Part shown: positions 28,373-36,881 of the stretch, piece after piece
Layout of the letters: each line of letters begins with the position of its first letter
Position numbering within the stretch: the first letter of the stretch is position 1
NCBI GenBank assembly: GCA_021734995.1
Contig: JAIPHX010000002.1
Coordinates: 16,189-80,188, forward strand
From: Minisyncoccota bacterium
GTDB lineage: Bacteria; Patescibacteriota; Minisyncoccia; Phycocordibacterales; UBA9973
Length of the DNA stretch: 64,000 bases
Direction: 5' to 3'
The notes under the pieces: model-generated
The model's database searches: none
Seen by the model: only the letters and a program-made list of their open reading frames with translations
Told to the model about the DNA's origin: nothing
Made by a program: the position numbers and the translations under genes

Positions 28373-29017
28373 ATGAGAACTAATGCCTATGTTGATGCGT
28401 CTAACCTATTTTACGGAGGGAAAAAATCTCTAGGGTGGAGTATCGATTATAAAAAATTATACAAATATCTTGAGAATAAATACGACGTAACCGAAGTCTA
28501 TTTTTTTGGTGGCGTAGAGATTTATAAATTCCCCTTTGATTATATTACGGATGATTCTGTTCCTATAAAGGATCTAGAAAAATATCTTGCTAAACTGATT
28601 GAAGAAAAGGGCGCGTTTTTGAGTTAGGTAGAACTTAAATTACTGGACAGGCATTTAAAACGAGTTCGCTTTTATCTTACGATTGAGAAGTTTGGGTATA
28701 AAATGATTTTAAAACCAGTTAAAACTTTCTTTGATTCAGAAGGTTTACCTAGCAGAAAAGCTAATTGTGATGTCGACATGGCTTTCTTTTTGATGCGAGA
28801 CAGAAAGTCATATAATCGTGCAGTCATTCTTTCAGGTGATGGGGATTTCTTGCCTGTATTAAAATATTTACGAGAAGAAGACAAAAAAGAAATCTTTATA
28901 CTTGCTCACGCATCAAGAACAGCAAAAGAGATAAAAAAATTCGCTTCTGATAAATTCCTAGATTTCACCTATTTGAGAGAACGCTTAAAGCGTATAGATA
29001 AAAGAGAAACCATCTAA
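28373..29017 (+). pseudogene. NYN-domain (LabA/DUF88-like) ribonuclease gene interrupted by a single in-frame TAG
   Basis: ORFs 28373-28627 and 28703-29017 are in the same frame. They are separated only by TAG at 28625-28627. Read through, the N-terminal part (YVDASNLFYGG) and the C-terminal part (CDVDMAFFLMRD...ILSGDGDF) form one NYN domain. Confidence 0.5.
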
Positions 29018-29199
29018 ACAGCGAAAGGCACCCATTTAGGATGCCTTTCAGGTCTGATATAATCAGTATAACAAATTACTCTTGAGAGTCAATACCAAGT
29101 TGTAGACATTGACTTTAATTCCAAAATAAGTTAGACTTCATATTGTTGAATTCCTCCTGAAACTTATAAATTATACCTTCAGGGAGTTTTTATTTACAA

Positions 29200-29706
29200 T
29201 TGCGAGAACGAATAAACAACCAAATAAGAGCTAAAGAACTACGAGTAATAGGTAGCGGAAATGAAAACCTTGGTGTTTTAAGCCTTAATGAAGCACTTGC
29301 AATAGCCGAAGAACAGGGTTTGGACTTGATAGAGATATCACCAAATGCACTTCCTCCGGTAGCGAAAATAATGGAATTCGGCAAACATCAATACGAGACT
29401 AGCAAAAAACAAAAAAAAGCTAGAGCTGGTAGTAAGCCCACAGAGACAAAGTCCATTCAAATAAAAATAGGTACAGGAGAGCATGATTTGAGTCTAAAGG
29501 CAAAAACTGCTTCCAAGTGGCTTAATGAAGGACATAGAATCAAAATTGAACTTTTCTTGGTAGGTAGAAGTAAGTTTATGGATGAAAAATTTCTACAAGA
29601 AAGATTAGATAGGGTTTTAAAACTAATAACTGAAAACTACAAAGTAGCTGAAGGTTATAAAAGAGGACCAAAAGGTTTAACAATTACAATAGAAAAAGCA
29701 AAATAA
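29200..29706 (+). CDS. infC: Translation initiation factor IF-3
   Basis: RINNQIRAKELRVIG...LDLIEISPNALPPVAKIMEFGK. The start is probably non-AUG: TTG at 29200 preceded by an AGGGAG SD, or an upstream in-frame ATT at 29170. Confidence 0.85.
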   Translation: MRERINNQIRAKELRVIGSGNENLGVLSLNEALAIAEEQGLDLIEISPNALPPVAKIMEFGKHQYETSKKQKKARAGSKPTETKSIQIKIGTGEHDLSLKAKTASKWLNEGHRIKIELFLVGRSKFMDEKFLQERLDRVLKLITENYKVAEGYKRGPKGLTITIEKAK

Positions 29707-29891
29707 TGAAAACAAATAAATCATTTTCAAAAAGATTAAAGGTAACTCGTACAGGCAAGATCATATCTCGAAAGCCAGGTTTTAACCATTTCAACGCAAA
29801 ACAATCCCGCTCTACCCAGCTTGCGGGCAGAAAAGGAAAAGCATTCGTTATTAGCAACAAGTCAAAAAGTCATTTATTACCATTTGCATAA
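29706..29891 (+). CDS. rpmI: 50S ribosomal protein L35
   Basis: 61-aa basic protein placed between infC and rplT. Confidence 0.75.
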   Translation: MKTNKSFSKRLKVTRTGKIISRKPGFNHFNAKQSRSTQLAGRKGKAFVISNKSKSHLLPFA

Positions 29892-29901
29892 ATAAAAAGT
29901 C

Positions 29902-30246
29902 ATGACAAGAGTAAAAAAAGGAGTACACGCTCTAAAAAGAAGAAAAAGTGTTTTAAAACAAACTAAAGGATTCCGCCACGGAAGAAGTACCAAGGAACGC
30001 CAAGCAAAAGATGCATTACTGCATGCAGGAGCTTATGCTTTCGCTCACCGAAGAGACAAAAAGTCACACAATAGAACTCTTTGGAACATAAAAATAAACG
30101 CATCCGCAAGAGAAAATGGCTTTAGCTACTCAAAGCTTATCAGTGCTTTAAAAAAGAAAAACATAGAGTTAGATAGAAAAATTTTATCTGATTTTGCTGA
30201 AAACAACCCAAACACCTTTGCGGAAGTTTTAAAAGCTGTAAAATAA
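29902..30246 (+). CDS. rplT: 50S ribosomal protein L20
   Basis: MTRVKKGVHALKRRKSVLKQTKGFRHGRS... Confidence 0.9.
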   Translation: MTRVKKGVHALKRRKSVLKQTKGFRHGRSTKERQAKDALLHAGAYAFAHRRDKKSHNRTLWNIKINASARENGFSYSKLISALKKKNIELDRKILSDFAENNPNTFAEVLKAVK

Positions 30247-30249
30247 TAC

Positions 30250-30285
30250 CCCAAAAACATCCGTATACTAAAAACGGATGTTTTT
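30250..30285 (+). terminator. Rho-independent terminator of the infC-rpmI-rplT operon
   Basis: AAACATCCGT-ATACTAAAA-ACGGATGTTTTTATTT. Confidence 0.7.
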
Positions 30286-30291
30286 ATTTAT

Positions 30292-31281
30292 ATGTCTATA
30301 AAAAAAATCAACATAGTGACAGTAGGTGGTGGCACAGGAAGCTACACCGTCCTATCTGGTATCAAAACCATCAAGAATACATCTATCTCAGCTATTGTAT
30401 CAATGGCTGATAATGGTGGCTCTACAGGAGACCTGAGAGATGAGCTTGGGGTACTTCCCCCAGGAGATGTTCGTCAATGCCTTGTAGCACTAAGTGAACA
30501 TACAGACATTGTGAGGAAACTCATAAACTATAGATTTGATAATGGCAAACTTTCTGGGCATAGTTTTGGAAATATATTTTTAGCAGCTCTTGAAAAAGTC
30601 ACAGGAAGCTTTGCAAAAGGAGTAGAGATAGTGTCCGAGATATTAAAAGTAAGAGGAACTGTAATCCCTGCGACCAACAACAAAGCTGAGCTAGTAGCTA
30701 TTTTAAAAAACGGAAAAAAAATATATGGTCAAGTAGAAATAGACAAGACCGACTTTCAAAAAAACCCACTAAAAAAAATATTTTATAAAAACAAAGTAAA
30801 ACTCAACCCACGCGCCAAAGAAGCAGTTCTTTCTTCCGACTATATAATCATAGGTCCTGGAAACTTTTATGAATCTATTGTGCCCAACTTAATCATAGAT
30901 GGATTTACTACCGCAATTAAAAAAACTAAAGGAAAAGTAATCTTCATGATGAATCTTACCAATAAACACGGACACACAGGATACTGGAATGCTAGTGATT
31001 ATGTTCAAAACATAGAGAACTATCTCAATCGTAAGGTTGATATTATTTTAATCAACAATGTCTCCCCTTCCAAAGCACAAATCAAACGTTATCAATTGAA
31101 AGAAGGAGATGGGGTGCTGATCAAAGACGACATGCAAGACGATGAAAGAGTGATGCGTTCAGCTTTGATTTCTCACTCTTTTTTTAATAAAGAAAAATCA
31201 GATGCTAGGGCTCAAGCTAGAAGTTTTATCAGACATGACTCTCAAAAAATTGCAGAGTGTGTAATGAAAATATTAAAATGA
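30292..31281 (+). CDS. YvcK/CofD-like (UPF0052, gluconeogenesis factor family) protein
   Basis: VGGGTGSYTVLSG...MADNGGSTGDLRDELGVLPPGD. Confidence 0.7.
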   Translation: MSIKKINIVTVGGGTGSYTVLSGIKTIKNTSISAIVSMADNGGSTGDLRDELGVLPPGDVRQCLVALSEHTDIVRKLINYRFDNGKLSGHSFGNIFLAALEKVTGSFAKGVEIVSEILKVRGTVIPATNNKAELVAILKNGKKIYGQVEIDKTDFQKNPLKKIFYKNKVKLNPRAKEAVLSSDYIIIGPGNFYESIVPNLIIDGFTTAIKKTKGKVIFMMNLTNKHGHTGYWNASDYVQNIENYLNRKVDIILINNVSPSKAQIKRYQLKEGDGVLIKDDMQDDERVMRSALISHSFFNKEKSDARAQARSFIRHDSQKIAECVMKILK

Positions 31282-31850
31282 AGTTTATCTTTGATTTTGA
31301 TGATACTCTTTTTTTAAATACCGAAAAGTTCAAAAAAAAGATGTTTAGTGTTTTAGAAACAAAGGGTGTCCCCTATTCTTTTGCTTTAGAAAAATACAAA
31401 GAGAAAAGAGCAAAAGAATTCTCTCTAAAAGAATTTATTGCTAAATGTTTTGAGCAAAAAACAATACCAGCAACAGAAATCTTATCTACCTATGAAGATA
31501 TCATGTCAGAATGCAAAGAATATGTAGATCAAAATCTTTTGGCTATTGTACACCAAGCGGGTAAAGAAAATTGTTTTATCGTCACCAATGGAGACAAAGA
31601 ATTTCAAGAAGATAAAATAAAAAGAAGTGGTGTTGCTCCACTTTTCCAATCAATCCATATTGTACCTGAAAGTAAAAAAGAAATTATTGAAAAAATCTGC
31701 TCTACAGGAAACGAAAACGAAGAGATCCTTTTTATAGAAAACAGAGAACATTTTTTTGCAGACTTAAATACAAAGAAATATCCAAATCTACATCTTATCT
31801 TGTATGACAAAGATGGTTTAGCAAAAGTGCAAAAATTTCTAGAAAAATAA
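31278..31850 (+). CDS. HAD-superfamily hydrolase
   Basis: FDFDDTLF DxD motif. The ATG overlaps the upstream stop (ATGA). Confidence 0.6.
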   Translation: MKFIFDFDDTLFLNTEKFKKKMFSVLETKGVPYSFALEKYKEKRAKEFSLKEFIAKCFEQKTIPATEILSTYEDIMSECKEYVDQNLLAIVHQAGKENCFIVTNGDKEFQEDKIKRSGVAPLFQSIHIVPESKKEIIEKICSTGNENEEILFIENREHFFADLNTKKYPNLHLILYDKDGLAKVQKFLEK

Positions 31851-31920
31851 TTATTTCTAGAATTTTTTTTAAATAGTTTTATAAATTATATTTTTGCCAC
31901 ACCCTGATAGTTTTAAAAAA

Positions 31921-32541
31921 TTAGACAATCTTGTACTCTTGTACTTTGTATTTCTTTACCATTGCAATCACATCTTCTACAAGCTTTTTTGGGTCTTCAT
32001 TCGTCACAATCTTTTCATTTGACCGATGGCTTTTTTCTACAATACTCTTTAATTCTGTATCCATATCCCAAGGACCTTCATATATTCCAATAGTCTTGTT
32101 GTCTTCGAAAGCAATAGTGAACTCATGAATAGTGCCAATGCGTCCACAGCCACAGATCACTGCATCTACAGAGCGAGTAAGAAGTAAATCTCTTCCTGGA
32201 TATCCAAAACCTGTGTAGATAATAAAATCCATATAATCAAGCGGAAGCTTATACACTTCTACATGCTCTCTTTCAGAAGCTGCAGGAGAAACACCAATAG
32301 ATATTCCACCTTCCTCTTTTGCACCTATAGCAGACCAAAATGGAAAACCTGTAGTAGCTCCTGTGACGAGCATTGCTCCCTGACGGGCGATTTCTCTGCC
32401 CAGCTCTTTTGCTTTATCAAGAGCATTTGCTCCACAATGCCCTGTCTCCGCTGCCCCTGAAACACAAATCTTTATTTGACTGTGTCCATGTTTTTTATAA
32501 TTTTCTAAAATTTGATTATTTTGCATATTTATATTATACAA
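31921..32541 (-). CDS. TIGR00725/LOG-related Rossmann-fold protein
   Basis: ICVSGAAETGHCG...MLVTGATTGFPFWSAIGAKEEGGISIGVSP. Confidence 0.5.
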   Translation of the reverse strand: MYNINMQNNQILENYKKHGHSQIKICVSGAAETGHCGANALDKAKELGREIARQGAMLVTGATTGFPFWSAIGAKEEGGISIGVSPAASEREHVEVYKLPLDYMDFIIYTGFGYPGRDLLLTRSVDAVICGCGRIGTIHEFTIAFEDNKTIGIYEGPWDMDTELKSIVEKSHRSNEKIVTNEDPKKLVEDVIAMVKKYKVQEYKIV

Positions 32542-32565
32542 TATTTTTAATACATTCGGAAAAAA

Positions 32566-33945
32566 TTAACAATCAAGCTCTACCACATCATCTTGTTCTG
32601 GTGCATAAGCTTGCAATCCTAGATTGTCTCTAATCTTTTGAACCAAAAACATTGAGGATTTTGATTCTCCCATTACCACAAATATTTTTTTTACTGAATT
32701 TTGCATTTGTTGCACAAAGCCTAGTAGTCCATCTGAATCTTTGTGTCCTGAATATCCATAAATAGTAACAACATTTGCTTTTACTTTTACATATTCTCCT
32801 GTAACCTTCACAGTTTTAGCTCCTTCTTGAATCAATCTACCTAGAGAACCTACAGTCTGATATCCTGTAAGCAAAAGAGTATTTTTTGGATCTGGTAAAT
32901 AATGTCTTTCGTGGTGTACTACTCTCCCACCAGAAGACATTCCTGAACCAGCGATAATTATTTTTGGGTTTGGAGCAGCTTGTATTTTTTTTGACTCTTC
33001 TGAATCCATAGTAAACTTTAATCCAGGAAAATCAAAAAGATGAGGATCTGTGGTCATAATCTTTTGAGCGGTTTCATTAAAATAGCTTTGGTACCTCTTG
33101 AAAACTTCGGTTAGTCTGATAGCCAATGGTGAATCCAAAAATACAGGCATCACAGGAATTCTTTTTTCCTCTACAAGATTGTTTAATTCAAAGAGTAACT
33201 CCTGAGATCTTTCTAAAGAAAAAGTAGGGATCACTAAAGCCCCTCCCTTTTTGAAATTGTCTTCTATGGTAGCTTCCAGCTTTTTCCTGCGTTCGTTTCT
33301 GGACTCATGATTACGATCACCATATACACTTTCCATTATTACATAATCTACATTTTCTACTATCTCAGTATCTGGCAAAAGAGGAGAAGGGCTGTTCCCC
33401 AAATCTCCAGTAAAAAGTATTCTTTTCCCTCCTACTTCAAACAAAATCATAGCGGAACCAAGAATATGTCCAGCATTGTAAAAAGAAAAATAAATATTAT
33501 CTGTGATTTGTTGTCTTTGGTGATATTCAAAATCTTGCCACAAAGACAAAGATTTGCTTACATGAGCTTCAGAATATATTTCCTCTAAATTGTACTTACC
33601 GTCTCTATCGTTTTTTGAAAGAATTCCTGCTGTATCAGCAAGCATTGGAGATGCTAAAGCTTTTGTAGGTGGAGTAGAGTATATCTTTCCGTTAAAGCCC
33701 TCTGCAACAAGCTTTGGTATCCGACCAATGTGGTCTATATGAGCATGAGTGATAAAAAGAATATCAATGGTCTTTGGATCAAAAGTAAAAGGAAGCCAAT
33801 TAATATCATCAGCTACTTTTGAAGATTGATTGAGCCCACAATCTACAAGAATTTTTTTATCTGCTATTTCTAAAAGAAAATTGGCGCCTGTTACAGAGCC
33901 AGCCCCACCACAAAAAGTTATTTTTACTTTTGTATTCATTACCAA
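32566..33945 (-). CDS. MBL-fold beta-CASP family ribonuclease
   Basis: HAHIDHIG metallo-beta-lactamase motif. The beta-CASP region carries the conserved D/H residues (GDLGN..., ...SGHKD). Confidence 0.6.
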   Translation of the reverse strand: MVMNTKVKITFCGGAGSVTGANFLLEIADKKILVDCGLNQSSKVADDINWLPFTFDPKTIDILFITHAHIDHIGRIPKLVAEGFNGKIYSTPPTKALASPMLADTAGILSKNDRDGKYNLEEIYSEAHVSKSLSLWQDFEYHQRQQITDNIYFSFYNAGHILGSAMILFEVGGKRILFTGDLGNSPSPLLPDTEIVENVDYVIMESVYGDRNHESRNERRKKLEATIEDNFKKGGALVIPTFSLERSQELLFELNNLVEEKRIPVMPVFLDSPLAIRLTEVFKRYQSYFNETAQKIMTTDPHLFDFPGLKFTMDSEESKKIQAAPNPKIIIAGSGMSSGGRVVHHERHYLPDPKNTLLLTGYQTVGSLGRLIQEGAKTVKVTGEYVKVKANVVTIYGYSGHKDSDGLLGFVQQMQNSVKKIFVVMGESKSSMFLVQKIRDNLGLQAYAPEQDDVVELDC

Positions 33946-33962
33946 ATATTATATCACAAAAT

Positions 33963-34406
33963 TTATTTTTCAACTGAGGAAACAGAATTTTTGTTGTATG
34001 TAAAGAAATATAAATACAAAACTGCAACAAAAGCACCAAAAGTATCAAAAAATACATCCGATAAAGTATCTATCATATCAAAATCGTCTTTGACAGTGAC
34101 GCTGTTTAAGGAAATTTCAAAAAATTCCCACATAATACCGATAAATAAGACAAACCCAACTATTTTTAAGACAGATTGCCAAGAAACTTTGTTGGGGATA
34201 AATAAAAAAACAGCTAAAATTGCTACCCAAAATCCACCCAAGAAGTGCATAAGCATATCTAGCCAATGGATAGAATAATACCAATGGAATTTAATTGCTC
34301 CTAGATTTGCCAAGAATATAAAAAAAGCTAAAGAAACAAGTAATGCAGATATATTTTTACGGATTATCATTGTATATATTCTAAACAAAAATCCCCTCTT
34401 ATGCAA
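33963..34406 (-). CDS. Hypothetical membrane protein
   Basis: Four TM helices. Confidence 0.35.
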   Translation of the reverse strand: MHKRGFLFRIYTMIIRKNISALLVSLAFFIFLANLGAIKFHWYYSIHWLDMLMHFLGGFWVAILAVFLFIPNKVSWQSVLKIVGFVLFIGIMWEFFEISLNSVTVKDDFDMIDTLSDVFFDTFGAFVAVLYLYFFTYNKNSVSSVEK

Positions 34407-34687
34407 AGATGGGGTTCTTGTTTAGGGTTATCCGCAATATATTACCTTAGCCTATTAGATAGGTGGGTACCAGACACCTTATACCAAGGTATAAGACGAT
34501 CGAAGTTCCCTAAAGATATTGTACTAGGTAATAATTGAAAATAACCCTACTTTTAGTATAGACTAAAGAGAGAATATTACAACTAGACGAAATGTTTTTT
34601 TTGTTTTTCAATAAAAAATTAAAAAATGCAAAGGGTTAACTTCGCATTTTTTAAAAAATTCACAAACTATTTGATTAAAATCATATT

Positions 34688-35272
34688 TTATTCATCTACT
34701 CCAAATCTTTTGTAATCATATACTTCAGATTCTCCAAACCAATGCTTGATCTCATGCTCTGCTTCTTCAGGAGTCTCGGAACAATGCACAATATTCATCA
34801 CTGCTCTTTTTTCTTTGTTGGCTAGTGCGGGTGAATCAATAGAAAAATCTCCACGGATAGTCCCCATATCTGCTTTGTAAGGCATTGTATCCCCTGCAAT
34901 TTTCCTTACTACATCTACTGCGTGTACTCCTTGCACTACCATCTTTACCAAAGGAGAGCTTGCCATATAGTCTATAAGCCATTTGCGAATCTCTGGGCCA
35001 ATTTTTGCTGGTTCTATTGTCCCAAAATCTACCATTGCATCATAGCCATACTTTTCATAAGTAGATAAAGTTTTGTTACCAAGACGAGTGATCCACTCTT
35101 CATTTTTTGGATAATGATCGTTTATTTTGTCATGCGCAGGATTAAACATTTCAAGAGCTACAATCTTAAGATCTCTTTGCTCAAAACGTCTAATAATCTC
35201 GCCTGTAAGCCCCTTACGGACACCGTCTGGCTTTATCATCACATATGTTCTTTCTTCTTTAGGATGTTTCAT
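34688..35272 (-). CDS. ndk: Nucleoside diphosphate kinase (with insertion)
   Basis: ERTYVMIKPDGVRKGLTGEIIRRFE and the catalytic-His region NIVHCSETPEEAEHEIKHWF. The likely start is MKHPKEE. It carries a ~40-aa insertion relative to canonical Ndk. Confidence 0.75.
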   Translation of the reverse strand: MKHPKEERTYVMIKPDGVRKGLTGEIIRRFEQRDLKIVALEMFNPAHDKINDHYPKNEEWITRLGNKTLSTYEKYGYDAMVDFGTIEPAKIGPEIRKWLIDYMASSPLVKMVVQGVHAVDVVRKIAGDTMPYKADMGTIRGDFSIDSPALANKEKRAVMNIVHCSETPEEAEHEIKHWFGESEVYDYKRFGVDE

Positions 35273-35307
35273 ATAAATAAAAAACAGCTTTCGCTGGTAA
35301 TAATTGT

Positions 35308-35340
35308 AATATTTATATATTAGCACATCTCTAAAAAAGT
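35308..35340 (-). promoter_or_regulatory. Conserved 33-bp promoter-like repeat (copy 1, upstream of ndk)
   Basis: ATATTTATATATTAGCA(C/T)ATCTCTAAAAAAGTT. On the gene strand this gives an extended -10 (TGCTAATAT) just upstream of the start. Confidence 0.4.
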
Positions 35341-35466
35341 TTCTACCCTACTGAAACAAAACACCAATCTTTGATAAAACTTCTTGCATTTCAATATCAC
35401 CAGCTCTGCCAATCTTTTTTTTCATTTATATATTAAATACTTTATATACACAGGGGGCAGAAACTT

Positions 35467-36012
35467 TTACTTTAATTTTATATTTCCCCTCCAATTAGGC
35501 TTAATCCCTTTTTGTTCTATAATATCTGAGCTGTGTATCTGAGACTTAGGTGGGAGTATATTGACCACAATTTTGTCTGCAAAATACGTTTCAAAATATT
35601 CTTTCATGCGTTTCGGACTGGTCTCATCATCTTCTGTTGATTCAGACAAAACTAAAACATTTGGATTAATTTTTTCAATAGATTCATAAATATCTGTTAC
35701 ACTTTTTACTACCAAAATATAATCTATAATCCCTTTATACTCTTTGGCATTAAAAAGTTGACTAGCCCTGTCTATTGCAATATATATTGGTCTAGGTTTT
35801 TCTTTTGTCCCTTTCCTTTGCCCAACCAATTCATCAGACTGCAAAAGCACAATCAATATATCTCCCCTTGATTTTGCGTCCTTTAAATATTCTTTGTGCC
35901 CATTATGTAAAACATCAAAACAGCCCGTAGTTAATGAAATTATTTTACCACTTTCCTTTTTTAATTTATCCTGTAAATCATTTATATCTGTGAAAAATTT
36001 ATCCTCTAACAT
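35467..36012 (-). CDS. Cytidylyltransferase-family nucleotidyltransferase (paralog 1)
   Basis: GCFDVLHNGH HxGH motif. Confidence 0.6.
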   Translation of the reverse strand: MLEDKFFTDINDLQDKLKKESGKIISLTTGCFDVLHNGHKEYLKDAKSRGDILIVLLQSDELVGQRKGTKEKPRPIYIAIDRASQLFNAKEYKGIIDYILVVKSVTDIYESIEKINPNVLVLSESTEDDETSPKRMKEYFETYFADKIVVNILPPKSQIHSSDIIEQKGIKPNWRGNIKLK

Positions 36013-36043
36013 ATTTATATATTAGCATATCTCTAAAAAAGTT
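36011..36043 (-). promoter_or_regulatory. Conserved 33-bp promoter-like repeat (copy 2, abutting the start codon, so leaderless)
   Basis: 32 of 33 bp identical to copy 1. The ATG of the cytidylyltransferase follows immediately. Confidence 0.4.
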
Positions 36044-36141
36044 CTAACTTGAAATACAAACGTGCTATAATTATACGCGATTAGAGATAAGCAGAGTTTT
36101 TAAAAGACCTTTTATAAGGTTTTTTAATTTTAAATTCTGTA

Positions 36142-36603
36142 ATGAAAAATTTCTCAAATTACGAAAACACAAAAAATAGTGCTAAATATTTTTATAAAAA
36201 GATAGGAAAAATATTTTCTCCCGCTCTTAACAGAGACATATATTTTAACTCTAAAGGATTTAATCATATTATTTTTAAAAAATCACGGTCTGAAAGAGAA
36301 AGATCTTCTCAAACATTACGATTTAAATTACTACGGCTTGCTGTAAAATTAATAAAGATATCTACAACATACCAAGAATTTGAAGAAATTTCGAAAAAAG
36401 AAAAAGAAACAACAAAATTTAGAACTACCAGATATTGGGGAATCATTGCTATTATTGAACAAAGGAAAATAAAAGTTATTTTGAAACAATGTGGAGACAA
36501 TGGTAATATACATTTTTGGAGTATTATTCCTGCTTGGACTACAAATAAATACAGGGATGAAAAATTATACAAAACTATGAAAGGCACTCCTGAACAGGAT
36601 TAA
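36142..36603 (+). CDS. Hypothetical protein
   Basis: 153-aa basic protein followed by a terminator hairpin (36610-36640). Confidence 0.3.
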   Translation: MKNFSNYENTKNSAKYFYKKIGKIFSPALNRDIYFNSKGFNHIIFKKSRSERERSSQTLRFKLLRLAVKLIKISTTYQEFEEISKKEKETTKFRTTRYWGIIAIIEQRKIKVILKQCGDNGNIHFWSIIPAWTTNKYRDEKLYKTMKGTPEQD

Positions 36604-36881
36604 AACAAAAATACTACCAATTAAGGTAGTAGTTTTGTTGTGCTTGCCTTCAGCTTATATATCATCCGAATAGGGCTAATGCCCCACAAGTACAGATACA
36701 TTATATAATATATAATAAAATGTGCAAGAAAAAATAAACTATTTGTATTAAATTACCAAATTTCTTTACCTCTAGCTTCATCATACTCCCAAAAAACTTT
36801 CATTTTTTTCTTAGGACTTTTTTCCATATCATCTAATGTAAAAATTAGTATATACATAAGTCAAGTTATTACAAAAAAACC

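Noticed and set aside
28373-29017. Possibility that TAG (or TGA) is recoded genome-wide, given the in-frame TAG in the NYN gene
   Set aside because: TAA, TGA and TAG each terminate multiple well-defined genes at conserved C-termini (copA, recG, ftsH, L20 and others). Long ORFs would not stay intact under a reassigned code.
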